Assembly: GCA_973895155.1 (NCBI GenBank)
Contig: OZ316897.1
Span: 2,929,416-2,993,415 of the forward strand
Direction: 5' to 3'
Length of the DNA stretch: 64,000 nt
Source: Marsupella aquatica
Taxonomy: Eukaryota; Plantae; Marchantiophyta
The position numbers and the translations under genes are program-made. Positions 25,001 through 38,620 of the stretch are shown here, one piece after another (positions within the stretch are counted from its first letter, which is position 1; the number at the start of each line of letters is the position of its first letter). Under the pieces are notes generated by a model, which ran no database searches, had not been told where the DNA came from, and saw nothing but the letters and a program-made list of their open reading frames with translations.

Positions 25001-26953
25001 TCCTGTGCCTATCGTCAAGAGATAGAGCGCGGAAAAAAAATATATCACAACGAAGGTGTCGGGGTCTCTCTGGCAACCGGAGGTTTTGCAAATAGACGGA
25101 TCGAGCGACGGTATAGATGCTGACATCGTGATTAGCAAGAATCCCTGCACAATCAACGTACGATGAGCTAACTTTCAGCAAGTGACTCACGGATGAATTG
25201 TTGATAAAAGGCCTATTACTTGATCCCATGTCTGTGTTCGCTTCCTATCCCTTCCTACTCCTTTATCCCACATAATGTCAATTAGAATACACACGCAAGT
25301 GCCCCTACACCATGCAGAATTGATAGGCTGCTACTTTAAAAAAAGTTGAAAGACACATATTACAGCAAGGGTAAGGGTAGCCAAATATATCAAGACTGCT
25401 GCTACAACAGGCTTGACCTTGCGAACATAATGAACCTTTATTATTTTTTCCCCTTCTCTTAATTTGGCTGAGAACTTGGTCTCGTTTCATAGTGCCACCA
25501 TTTTTTTAAACTTAACGCCTCACATTGTCTTGTCTCTCTCGCTTGAGTTCGCGAGATTGTTCGTTGATGCCAGTGTTCAAAATTGTGCCATAAGATCCTA
25601 GACAGGAGGACTCCGTTAAGCGAAAGGGATGAACTAAATGTATTCGGAATTGGATTCTTCAAACTGTAATCCAAGTGCTCGTGGTCAAGCTCTTCTAGCT
25701 TGGTCAGTCGCGAGCTGCTGATGTGACTATGCAATCTTATTTCTCTGTGGAGTGGTTGTACAAGATTCAAGACAAAAGTCGCGGCCCTCTTCTTCGAGGC
25801 TAGATACTCATACTTGTCTAATATATGGTGAAAAGTATTTGAACGTACCCTGCTTTTATGTTCACTCAATGTTACTTTGCCCTAGGTCTCTCAAGTGTGT
25901 GAAAGTGTGAGCATGAGATGCTGCCCACAGCCTTGCGTTAATTCGTTCTTTACCGCAGGCTCCAAGTAAGCTAGTGCTTGAAGTATAACAATTCCATTTT
26001 AACTCAAACAGAAGGCGGTATGTACCAATATAGAGACGGTAGAGAAGAGCCAGATGGTCCGGAAGTAGCCCAAAAATGCATCTGCGACGAATCCCCCGAG
26101 AATCGAAGTGATGTACGATACGGCCACCCAGTTATTGGCGTTTCGGGTTGCAATTTTGTGGCTCTCTCTCATATTCGATTGCAAGTACTGTATCAAGCTA
26201 GAAGCCACCATCAGCCAGGCCATCCTTTCCAACGCTTCATATACTGTAGGGACACCAAATGCGAGATACACTGCATTAGACCCACTTAGTATGAAGGTAG
26301 CAATAACAATACCGCTGATCAGATGAATTGGTCCTGAGATCCGATACAAGTGTACATCACTGGCAGAAGCTTCAATTGCGTGCTAACAGTTGACTGCGTA
26401 TCCTTTTGCTGCCCGGATCGCATGTAGTGATACATACTGTTAGTCGACCATAGACTTCTAAGCATGTTTTCCTTCGATCTACGGTCATGATGTCAGACTG
26501 TAAGTTTGTCCGGCAGTAGATAGAGTTCCAGAATGCAGAACGTTCATTGATGAGTGCCTCCGGGGATCGTTTCAAAAGTAAGATCAACATCAATCGGAGA
26601 AGAATCTCCAAACGGTACGTAGTTCCAGTTCAAAGTCTGTCTCTTTAGCTCGAAGTCAATGAATTGAGCAAGCGGCAACGGGATGAGACAGCCAAAGACA
26701 GGCTAAAAAGAGTCCAACTGTGGTCGACATGCAAAGCGCCGGGGCGAGACAGTTTACAGTCATCGGAACACACATTAATTAAAGGCAGTAATTAGCACAA
26801 CAGTGGATTGTACATACCGAAAAGAAAGGTGCTCGCCTTCCATCTCCCGGATAGTTTCCATTTATTAATGGAATTATCTTGCCCATCGACGCCTCTTCGA
26901 AACATTGTCGAGATCGGAGTCGACAACGAGATATCTGGTTCGCCTGAGTCCAT
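22002..26953 (-). CDS. NPF: NRT1/PTR family (NPF) proton-coupled nitrate/peptide/hormone transporter, ~646 aa; exons 26953-26818, 26243-26026, 25144-24549, 23760-23592, 23456-22933, 22299-22002
   Basis: All five introns are GT-AG and phase-consistent; the spliced CDS is 1941 nt. Motifs GRWKASTFLFVYEALERMAW (ExxER), GGFVADAFLGYFRTI, ALYLLTIGTGG, AFGADQF, SFFNWFFF, CLDKAA, CSVTQVEELK, LQRMGIG, GQLEFFYDQAPDSMR, RLDLYYW. Confidence 0.96.
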
Positions 26954-28988
26954 TTGCGAAAGCCTATTTTCCCTACCAATGTGACGAACTAGCTAGCCTC
27001 TTCTTGTGAGCTGTCAGTATCTTAGTCCCAACGGTAGGAGTCGATCGACGACTTCATAGCATAGCGGCGTTTTGGGAATGAAATCTCCTGTAGGTCGGTT
27101 GTAACTGAAGCACTCATGCTGTACCGTAATCATACTTAATATGATCCAGTTGGCCACTCATATATTTCTCCTGTACCGCAGTCCTCGTGTTTCAAACGCT
27201 TCGACGAACTAGTTAAGTCAATCTTTGGTATCTAACTTCATGCTCCGTCTTTACCCTGGATAGCTTTGTGACAGTATTAAATGAGAGATAGATAGATGGA
27301 TTGGTTCTGGCTTCAAAGAATGCGCCGCGGAGCTACGACTGTTAGGCCGGTAGGCTGGCCATACATTCTGGCCTTACCAGATGGTCACGCCGGACGGATC
27401 GGCCGCATGCACATATTAACGGTTAGTGGGCATTCACCAATTGACGACAGTATGGGACACTCCAGAAAACAATTTGGACGGACCTGGCACGTTGAACAAT
27501 AGGGCACAATGTTGGACTTCTCCCAACCGACTACTTACCCTGATCAGTTATCAGCATTAAACAAATTGCCTAATCCTGCGATATCCTGCTGAATTTCGCC
27601 CTCCTCGGTCATGCCACCTCTACTCCGAGTCTCACCCTCATCGCGAATTTAACTGATGCATCCTCACACCATCAAATCTCTCATCCTCAGAATGGTCTTC
27701 AGCTCATTCATCGCTGCTCGACCGTTCAAGCTTTGGCAATTCCTCCAATGTCTCTTCCGCAGTATAGAATACTCCGATCATCGGCGTTGTCAGCCCTCGA
27801 TATACTCAGTGCACCAGTCTTAGACCTCCACTCGATCTTTCTTGTCCGAACTATCGATGGTTTCCATCCGTACATTTGCACGCGTAGCTGTTTTCTAAGC
27901 AGTCCTTCGGTGCTCCTATCTCGTGCCTTGCTCGTAGTTCTTCATTATCTATCAGCTCTGGTCGCTACTATTCCTGGCGCCAAGTTTGTCTGAAACGTCT
28001 CTTCCCCGAGACCGAGCTACTACGGTGCTAAGAGTCGGCACTGAGAATTCTGTCCGTATGCGAAATGCGGGCTAAAAGACTGGCAGCCATCGACTGAAAG
28101 TAATTTGCTGTCGATCACCACAGCTTTTCTTCGTCAGCTCCTCCGCCTCCGGCTACTATATAATGTTAATCACTATTTATCTTGAATCGAACCGTTTGAA
28201 TCGATCATGCCGAGTGCAAAATTCCGCAACATCGTCATTCCGGGAAAAAAAAATCTCTTCGTCGGAATCTCGGCAGAATGTAGCAATCCGATCTGCACAA
28301 GAGTTCAATTGGGATGTAATCATAATGGAACATTCCAAGCGCGAAATGTGATCGAGTCGGCACTTCCATAGTTCCATCGCCCATCGGGCTCTAGAAGACC
28401 TACACCTACTGTTTCACTCGCCCAATCAGTTACAGTCTCAACTGCGACCGGAATTCACGTGTCTGCCCTACTGGCCGTAGATACTCTAGATCTACGATTG
28501 CAGTGGATTCACTCGTCAAAGTTCGTGCTGGAGGCGCTAAAATAATTAACCCCGTCCCGTTTGGAGACAGCCCCTTGGCGGCGACGTTACCAGAGCATTT
28601 ACTGAGCTTTATGCGATACAGATTCGTAAATGCCGACAGGGGCGGAATTTGTAGCCGATGGATTACCAGAGGCTAGTGATCTGAGGGTCAAGAAAGGAAG
28701 CGTACAGTTATAGATACATGTAGTGTCGCTCTCAAATGGATTGCCGTACAATCCTGAATCTAACGCCGGAGCGTGATTCTGTAAAGTGTAACAAACACTG
28801 AATCTGGATTTTTTTATTTCGGCGGGGAGAAATGAAAATGCGTTGATTGTAAACTGGTTGGCGTGTTTTCAAACGAAATTGGTTTGTGAATGTGTATATT
28901 TTACTATAGGAAAAGAGCAATCGAGACCGCGAGCTCGAGGAGTTGAAGCCGCGATGGACCACGCACTCATGGATCGTATAGTGAGACT

Positions 28989-29420
28989 GCTCTATCTACT
29001 GCCAGACAAACTTGCAGTCTTAACATCATGACCGTAGATCGAGGAAAATATGCTTAACCAGAGTCTATGACCGACTAACAGTATGTATCACTACATACGT
29101 TCCCGGCAAGCAAAAGGATACGCACTCAACCGTTAGCACGCCGTTGAATCTTCTTTCACTGATATAGACTTATATCGGATCTCAGGACCAATTCATCTGA
29201 TAAGCGGTAGTGTTATTGCTACCTCCATATTAAGTGGGTCTAATTCAGTGTATCTCACCTTTGGTGTCCCTACAGCATATGAAGCGTTGGAAAGGATGGC
29301 CTGACTGATGGTGGCTTCTAGCTTGATACAGTAGTTCCAATTGAATATGAGAGCAAGCCACAAAATTGCAACCCCAAACGCCAATAACTGGGTGGCAGTA
29401 TTGTACATCACTTTGATTCT
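28989..29420 (+). pseudogene. Inverted partial duplicate of the NPF gene (part of intron 1 and part of exon 2)
   Basis: Reverse-complement match to about 26098-26525, including intron sequence. Reads YEALERMA*LMVASSLIQ*FQLNMRASHKIATPNANNWVAV, with two stops. Confidence 0.93.
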
Positions 29421-31369
29421 CTTGCACCTTTTTTAGGACTCAGACCTCCTAAAATATATGTAAGAAAGAAAAAAATTATCACTATAAAGTTAAAATATTC
29501 TTGAAATATTCTCAAATTTGGTTAAAAGGACCCTAATGTTTTTATATAAGTCTCAAAATTGGATGACTTGAGAAATTTCTCGTAAGAATAATAAAAAAAT
29601 TTTAATCCAATTTAAAATCATTACCAATAAGACATGATGTGTCATTTTTTTGGAACAACTTTTTACTAATCTACTCCCCAAATTACCCAATATTGCTAAA
29701 GTGCCCCCAAAACAAAATTTATTATCAACATGTCCCCCATTTTGTATTTGTATTAATATTGGCATGTAGCTGCGGTACCAATAGAGGAAGCTCAAAGCAC
29801 ATGAGTTTAATCATAAGATGACAAGGGAAACACTTTGGGTACCTGTGCACATTTCTTAGGCATAGCCAAGGGAAAGTCTATTGCTATTAAGCCTGCTTCT
29901 TAGAGATCATGAGATCTATAGCATGCCATTGTTGGGTACAATGTATGACTTGTGGTCTAGATGATCCAGCATCAATGTGACCAATTTTCTGATTGGCCAA
30001 GAGATGTATATATTCATTCTCTCTCCACAATGATTTTCTGAGAAGATCTAATCTAGAACAATGCAAATTGTAGAATCTATCCTACTTGTCCAACATAACA
30101 TCATGACTAACAGCTTCCCTTACTACTCAGACATCTCTCTTGAGGTCCCATACAAGCTTGCCTAAGCTCTGCCTTTCTCCATTTGATGAGTAGTTGCATC
30201 AAGGTCATGAGGCTATTAACCTCTAATTCAAAACTTGCCAAAGTCAGACTTAAGTGAAATCTCCAGAATTTCCAGTTATTTCATGGTACATCAAAAAATT
30301 GGGCAACAAATCTTCTACAGATAGAATTTAGCTACGAGGAAGCTTAGGTTTTGATGTTGAGAAAAACAGTCTTCTCAACTCAAATTGAGTGCCCATAGCA
30401 CTTTAGTCATTGAATATAGTGTCATCCAATGCCCAAATCAACAAAGGTAAAAACAATTGTGCCTTGGGTAGTTTGAGGCATTATGGACCACATTAGCCTC
30501 TCAAAACTCAAGCTAAAAGCACTCATTTTGCTGGTCATTATGGAGAAGATTGTAGAATCGCATTTGGATGAGCTCTTTATGTAATTTCTCCTTTAATTCC
30601 ACTAAAATTTGTAAAACTATCTCATCGATCATAATAATGTCTATTACCAAAGCATTTTGGACCATAACTTTAGCCTCTCAAGACTTGAGCTAGAGCTAAA
30701 ATATACATAGTTACATTATTTTTACTCAAAGAAACCCTAAAAATATAACTGGGGTCCAAGAACTAATTAATTTTGACTTTCAAGACACGAGTAGGAACAT
30801 ATGTTAAAGGGCTTGTAAAAAATAGCTTGGAATTATAATAATATTCAATTCTCACAAAGAATTGAGAAGACAATACGAATTAATAAATATTATTTGATCA
30901 CTTTCAATTCTGAACCTACACTGTCGTAGAGCAATTTTTTGATTGAGGGAGGTTCGTGTGCACCTCATGGTTTGTGTGCACCTTTGGTGTCAATTTCAAT
31001 CAATAGGAGAAAGGGAAAAAATATCCAAAAACAATTTAAAATGGGTTAGTTGCAACACAGGATACAAATATTAAGCTTCTACTTACAACCTGGGTTCACC
31101 TCCAATTTCACATGGATGATTTCATAGGACAAACCAAAACTTAAATGACAATAGTGTTCATTTTGAGCAGGTCAGATGACTTCTCTGGAAGGGGAAGTCA
31201 AAATCTATAAAGAATTGCTTTGGCTAACATGCACTATGTTCTGGCAAAGAGTATACTTATGGCTTATGGGGGTAAGCCATAAGCCATAAGAGAACAAGGG
31301 TAAGCTTATTAACTCCAACTCATCATCAACACACTTTAGTTATCATATGGCTTGGAGTTAATAAGCTTA

Positions 31370-31729
31370 GGGCCACTTTACAAGATGGGCGCGGCAATTT
31401 GAGTGCTTTCTACCAGGGCCGTAACAGAGCCCAACTTTTCGTGTACGATAGGACTCTAGAACAATCCAAGACAGGAATCATAGGAGAAAGTGGTCTGCCC
31501 ATTTTTTCACCTACGGAGTCTGATAGTCTAGCCGCCGGATGAGAGTCCCGAGCCAGCTGGCCCGAGCTGATCCATACCAGAATGCAGGTTTGGTAGTTCC
31601 CGCAGCTCAACTTTCCGCGCCAGTCTTCTAAAGCAAGGAGCACCCGGGCAGGCTGAAACAACAGTCGTGATTGATTTGATCCTGAAAAAAGAGGGACTAA
31701 ATTACCGCGTCCATCTTGTAAAGTGGCCC
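31370..31729. mobile_element. Tourist-like MITE (PIF/Harbinger), 360 bp
   Basis: 31-bp TIRs gggccactttacaagatgg(g/a)cgcgg(c/t)aattt with 2 mismatches. TTA TSD at 31367-31369 and 31730-31732. Confidence 0.95.
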
Positions 31730-34233
31730 TTACCCTTATCAAGTCCAACCCATCATCAAGATCTTTAAAAACTACACAACCTGACCAGAATCGTGGTGGA
31801 AATAGGTTATAGCTACTGTCTCTGACCAGAATTTTGGTAGTCTAACAGGTTACAGCCTAAAAAATGGAGGCCTGAAAAGTTTTGGTGTTGACCCCCTCCA
31901 AAGACACCTATATTGTCAGTAATGCCTCATTTGACACTCACCAGAATGTGGGTGTCGACCACTATCTACAAGGGGTTCACTTTAATGCCCCTCAGGTTCC
32001 TTTTACAGTCCGAGGGGCTAATGTGGACAAATTACAAACCTTCACCTAATGTTTTTGCATACCAAGTACAAGTCATCCCAGGTCAGTCTAGTGCAATGAG
32101 CCAAGCCACCTACAAAAGCAGGGGCAACCGGATATTAAAGTAGCTTGGGGGCAGGTCAGTGGTTATGCAGAGTTTGAGGGACGGGAACAGGAATTGATGT
32201 TATTTTGATTTGTCTGTGGAGTCTTATATTCCTGTGTTTCTTACTCAATTGTTTAATATGTTATCATTGTTTTTAAGTGAGAGGGAATGGTGCACAAATC
32301 AGACAGCGTTTTTGCACAACAAAAGCTCTATAGAGTCCCACTGCTGCCAGCAATACACATTCAAATACTAGTTGCAGATGCAACACAGTTCTCATTTTGG
32401 ACAATAATTAAAGTGGATGAACAAGTTTGGGGGATGGAGTTTTGGAAGAAAGAAAGTGCATGGGAAGGTAGTGTCCCAAAGGCAACACGACGGTGCCTGG
32501 AGGTCTTATTTCTATGATTCAAAGAAAGTCATAATTGAGTCATACCCTAGTCCTAATTAAGTGCGGTCATTTGGGGGTTCTTTTCTACTAGTGAGACTCC
32601 CTAAAATGTAGGAATAAAATTTATTTCTTAACCCCTATAAAGTTGGGAAACATTTAATTTGAAAGACCCTAATGTTCATTTAAAAAATAATATAAAGGCC
32701 AAAGAAGCTTACAGCATGCGAGGGGACAGCACAGCATTTTTGCACAACAAAAGCTTGGCCAAAGATGGTTGAGTTCCTACTTCTAGTCCACTTGTAAATG
32801 CTAATCTTATCGTTCCAATTGTCCTCAATCCTACTCAGAGCCTGATTGACCAAATCGCTCATAACACCGTCAGTATGTAGAGGAGAAAGTTGCGTAAGCC
32901 GACCTCAATGCCAGTGTTAATGTCATGATTGCTGGTAGTGACCGGCATCAAAGTAGCTTGGCTGCAAAAATGCCACTGCAACAAAGAAATCGATGAACAA
33001 AATTGATGAACTAAACTAAGGAAGATGCTAAACCTGGGCTTGCCTTGCGCCATAAACAACGCCATTCTTGTTGTCTTTAGTCATCGGGCCTAGGATCTTG
33101 AGGTTGGCCTAGGGATGCAAAATGAGTTCCAATTCTACTACATTATGTTTCAGACTTCTGGATTTGGAGTTTTGCTTTTAGACAGCATTTTCTTGAGGTG
33201 GTCATAAGTACTCTCCAAGATAACCTATATAGCTTGGTAGATGTCCAAGAATATGGCCCGAATAAACGCAGATAGCGTTACATTTGCACCAGTTAGTGTT
33301 GCACAAGTCAGACAGGAGTACAATGGGTCCCACATTCCTTTTTTGCACCATAATCACTCTGGTGATGGTGTCGTGTGCATACACATAATTGCCACAAAAC
33401 ATATATGCGTGTGACACACAATCATCCAATCATACAGTCATCCGATCATACACATATGTTGAGACACATGCCTTGCGTTCAAGGAATCCACGTTTATGCA
33501 TTCAGATCTGGTCGACCACACAATAGCCTCCAAAGCTCATGCTTGAAAGGCTCAACATCAAAAGATAAAGCCTCCAAGCCACCACAAGGGATAACTATCC
33601 CTCCCAACATAGAGAAACCCTAAACAACTCAAAAAATACACATATAAACGTTCTTAACTCAGACAACATAATATACTCTAATAGCACTCATATGGTGTGA
33701 CAGAAGGGCCAAGTGGGAATTTTCAAAGGCAAAACTGGATTGAAAAGAATTTGAAGCAGTGAAAACCCACCTCAACTAAAAATTGTTGTACCCTGGACCC
33801 TTTGAAGTCAAAAAATGATCCAAAAGGTCATTTTTTAACTTAAAATGTGTTTCTTGTGGCTTCCAACAATTGTAGCGATGGCACCTTCTGAGAGGTGGTG
33901 GACTAATGTTCAAATAGGGAGTGATGTTTTCATGCCTCACATGCATCCTCCCAAATGATATTGTGGAGGATCACATAAGCTATTAAAGTGTGTGTGAGGT
34001 TACTCACAAACCATGATAGTGCAGGCCTCTTAAAAATTCTGAATTCTGCCGGTAGAACTCCGAAAACCCTCAGTCTCCACATCATTCTTTCCTGGCCCCC
34101 TCTTGGCATTTTGCAAAATGCCTCAATTTTTCAGATTGTGGTGAATGTATAGTAGAAATAAACATAGCCCACTTGGGATGTATTCCATCTACCAGCAAAT
34201 AGGCCTGATTGTAGTCTACTCCATTAACATGAA

Positions 34234-34455
34234 ACAGCTTTTGATTACTTTGCAACTAAAGATGTTCTAATTCATAATATTGCCACTGTTTTTTCTATAT
34301 TTATAAAAATGCCACTGTTTTGTATACGGATAACAAGTTTACCAATGTAACTAGGAGAACTATATACGAAAACCATGGCATTTTTGTAAATATGAAAAAA
34401 TAGTGGCAATATTGTAAATTTAAACATCTTTAGTGGCAATATAGTTAAAAGCTGT
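34234..34455. mobile_element. Foldback MITE (Mutator-like, ~222 bp) with an 8-9-bp TSD
   Basis: Imperfect inverted arms of ~95 bp (acagctttt...aatattgccact / agtggcaatatt...aaaagctgt). TSD (t)aacatgaa at 34225-34233 and 34455-34463. Removal restores the transposase reading SIHVNGVDY. Confidence 0.9.
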
Positions 34456-36642
34456 AACATGAATTGAGGTATTGGGAGACTCATTTGCCATCCACTTATT
34501 GAAGAGACTGAGAGGATCTATCCACCACATTGATCTCATTGTTCCCTCCAGCAAGGCCAAAAAAATACATGCCAAATCCACAATTCCTGGCCTGCAAATA
34601 TTTGCTTCCAAAATGAGAGACTTGGCTTTATCCTTGTCCTGGTATTGACCATGCCAGGCCACCGGAGAACTTTCCATTCCCAGTGCATACACCCCAAGGA
34701 CCCAAACATCCCTAGAAATCATCTCTCTTGGTTGATGGCTAAATATCTACTCCAACCCTCCCCCGACGGCTTTTGCAAATAGACAGGTTCACCTTATTAT
34801 AAAAGCACGAACACAGTCTACTCTTAAGGGCCTACGATCTAGAGTGAAGCCTCTAGACTGTATTCCTTACTAGAGACAAAAGTGATCATAAATGTCAATA
34901 AAACAGATTTTAAATAAAGATAGACAAAAATGACAATGATTCCAAATAAAGAAAACTGAAACTAGTATGTGGGTCCAGCTCAATTTTTTTAACACATTGG
35001 TAATATTGTATTTGTTTGTTTTACTAATTCTCTTTCTTGGTCTTTCCTGGTTATCAAGTCTGCCAAAACTCTATGATGTGCCCAAATACAGTGCCAAGAA
35101 TTTGGAAGGAGCTTTTAGCGTGCTACATAATGTTGTCATCCTTTGTTTGTCTCCACCTCTCTCATGTTCTTTTCACCTCTCTATGTAATTCACATTGCAA
35201 CTCCTCACTGTAGCAATCACCTGGCTTGTTTGAGTGACAAATTATTCATCACAAGGGTGAGCAACGAACTATCTTGGAGGCAAGGAGCTAGGCAATCACC
35301 TGCACTTCATTGTCTTGCAATGTTTTTGTGCAATGGATAATTATGCATTGGACTTGTCTATAAAATTATGAGATGTTTTTAAAAGTATTTGAAGTTTGCA
35401 TAATAAAAGTTGGCATCATTAACAAACAAATTCATAAACTCAAAAACTATTTATAGCATTGGTTTTTTAATTGTTTTGTGGGGAGACAAGTATACTTTTT
35501 GTTTAGAAAGTGTAATTTATTCATCATGATTTGTCTAGTAATGACAAAAACAAAATTCTCATCAATTTTAATGGAAAATGGAAACAAAGAAAAAACCCAT
35601 AAGTGTAGAATCATAATGATCATGTTAGGAAGAGAGTAACTTTATATATAGGCACCTTCATGAGAGAAGAAACATACTAATTTCATTTCTGTTTTTTAAA
35701 TGTATGTTTTACTAATCAATAGAAAATCATAGCCTTATTTTTGTAGAGATTTTATAATAATAGAATAGTTTAATGTTTTGAGAATAATTGATTAGTCTTG
35801 AATGTGCAAGTGAGTTTTGATATTATGCTTATGACTTTTTTGGTGTGTATTCAAGGAATATGTTTGAATAAGGCCTAGGGGGAGCTACACTCAAGTGGCA
35901 TACAAGATATTTTTTTAAGATTTCTCATGGTGACTACCATCAAGGTAAATGTTTATATGAGTGCATGTTTTTTATGACTAGAATTTGTGTTTATTTGTTA
36001 TTTGTGAAGTGACTTAATACTTTGTCCATTCAATTGACATGAGCAATTTTGTGTGAGTTTGTAGACAAATTTTGGCATCACTAAGAAACAACCCCAAGCT
36101 ATCATCTAAGCTTGAAATAGAGGTTTGTTTCTCTCTTTATTCCTCGTTGAATAAATGTGATTGCTAAAGTTGTTCACTCATAAAGCTAAATCAAACATGG
36201 AATCTATCTATACTTTAAAATTTAATTTTCACACATACAATATTTATCATAATAGTGTTTATTTTCAAATGAATTATCAGATTAGCTAAAAATTTGTAGC
36301 ATTATCATATATGGATGTGCAAATATTAGTATATTAATTATTTGTCACAACACTTAGAGCTTTTATTTGAATCAACACAATAGATTTATGCAATCTTAAC
36401 AAAACTATAAGTAATTGTAATTTGCAATTATTTGTAGAAAGCAATGCTCTTGGTAGGTAGATGAGTTTTTTGTAATCTTGTTTCATATTGTTATGGTTAT
36501 CTTAGGGCATTACATATTAAGAAAGTGAAATTTGCCCTTTGTTGGATTCCAAAAATGGAGAAGTTAGCTCTTTGTACCTAAAATTATTCACTTAAGTTTA
36601 TTATCAATCGGGTACTATAATTATAAGGTCCATATCATATTA

Positions 36643-37345
36643 TTCAAGTTAAGGCAAGAAACTATAGTACACACATATGCAAAGGTCGGTGTAATGTTTG
36701 ACCCTAATTGTAACTTCAAAATCAATATAAGGTTACAACTTAAGGCATTCTAGTACACACATCCGCAAGGGTTGATGTATTGTCTGATCCCAATTGTAAC
36801 TTCAAAATCAATATAAAGTTACAAGTTAAGGCATCCTGGTACACACATTTGCAAGGGTCGGTGTACTGTTTGACCCCAATTGTAACTTATAAAATCAATA
36901 TAAGGTTACAAGTTAAGGCATTCTGATACGCACATCCGCAAGGGTCGGTGTATTGTTTGACCCCATTTGTAACTTCAAAATCAATATAAAGTTACAAGTT
37001 AAGGCATTCTGGTACACACATCTACAAGGGTCAGTGTACTGTTTGACCCCAATTGTAACTTATAAAATGAATATAAGGTAACTACAAGTTAAGACATTAT
37101 GGTACACACATCTACAAGGGTTAGTGTACAGCTTGACCCTAGTTGTAACTTCAAAATCAAAATTAGATTATCCAGGAAAGTTACAATTCAAGGCATTTTG
37201 GTACACACATCTACAAGGGTCTTTATAATGTTTGATCCCATTTGTAACTTTAAAATCAATAAGGTCATAAGTTAAAGCAATTGGTACACATATATTCAAG
37301 GGTTTGAGTATTGTTTGACAAGTTGTAACTTAAAAACAAGGTTAT
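36643..37345. repeat. Tandem array, ~8 copies of an ~87-bp unit, inside the Helitron
   Basis: Unit ttacaagttaaggcattctggtacacacatc(c/t)(g/a)caagggtcggtgta(c/t)tgtttgaccccaattgtaacttcaaaatcaatataa(g/a)g. Confidence 0.95.
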
Positions 37346-37830
37346 AATACTCTAGAGTTTACATTCCAAAAATCTAACATTCAATATCACTTCAAAACAA
37401 TATTTTCATAACTAGACCCTTCCACATGTTAACATTGTAATAATCCTTGCATTAAACTTCAATGTAAGTTTCCCATGACCAAACCCTCGCTTATTCACCC
37501 CACCTTCCTCATGATTTTTCAACCCTACTTATATTTCTAATATTCTTTCCCATTTTACTTGTATGGCGTCAAGAGGTCGAGAGAATGCTTTATATGTTGC
37601 TTACCAAGCTTATTTATTTTATTTTATTGCAATTAAATTGCCTTTTAAAATATACCTAATACCCAAGCTGGAGATTTTTCAAATATTGATTATTTTTCAA
37701 AGCCGACCTACTCCCCAAGTTCTTCTTATTCCTTAGGCACCATAAAGGTCATAATCTAGTTATGTCAACATCCAAGCATGGATAGGTTTAGTTTAATAGA
37801 GTTGTTTGTGTCAAGAAGTGACATTACTCT

Positions 37831-38075
37831 TCACACGAGGCTTCACACACAAAAGCAACATAGATCATTGTATTCAAAACATCTAATGGTGTAAAAGTTC
37901 TTTTTGAGCTAAGAGACCACACGAGTATTCACACACAAAATGAATCTGGATGGTTGGATTCATAACATCTAATGGTAGGAAAGCTCATTTTCAATTGAGA
38001 GGCCACACGAGCTTTCACACGAGTCTTCACACACAAAATGGATGTAGATGGTTGGATTCAAACCATCTAATGGCT
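37831..38075. repeat. Degenerate triple repeat (~87-100 bp) near the Helitron 3' end
   Basis: cacacgag..ttcacacacaaaa...attca.aacatctaatgg occurs three times. Confidence 0.75.
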
Positions 38076-38620
38076 GGATATTTACAGGGTGATGTGGAAT
38101 TTTGACAAAATTTTCAGATTTACAGAAGTCTCTAACTGGACCCGTAATGAGAGTGGACAGAAACAATGATAAACTGAATTTGCATGTAATTTTATCATGC
38201 AAGATTATTTTTCTTCATATTTATTTACGCTCAAGGAACGGATAATCGGACTAGTACAAATATATGATTGCTCTCACAAACAGATAGTACAAAGACTCAA
38301 GGGCTGTACTTTCTGCAATTCTACAATACTCATCGATTGCATCAGGACCTATCCCGTATTCCATCTGCCATAGTTTAATAAGTTTTTGATGAGGAGAGAG
38401 ACCTTGTTGTCCTTTTGTGTCAAACTTCGATTCAAAATACTTGTCATATGCACACGCTCCTTGGAGGAAGTTTTTTGAATCACCTAGAACTCATACGGTA
38501 CCTCCTTTTGAATTTCATCATATTTGGGATGCCCAGCAAAGTAGTCGTTGTACAGATCTTCAGCACCTTTTACTCTCCTCCTATCAAGATTTGCAGCTTT
38601 TCCTGGGCCGGGACCCTCCA

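Larger units (their letters stand above)
34792..38254 (+). mobile_element. Non-autonomous Helitron, family B (3463 bp)
   Basis: Inserted between A34791 and T38255 with no TSD. 5' end ccttattataaaagc...tctagagtgaagcctctagac (expected TC reads CC). 3' end cgctcaaggaacgg-ataatcgga-CTAG. Excision rejoins the transposase in frame. Confidence 0.88.

Noticed and set aside
36643-37345. Regular array as a CRISPR locus (also 52378-52578 and 57583-57751)
   Set aside because: The whole unit is repeated with no unique spacers, there are no cas genes, and the context is eukaryotic.
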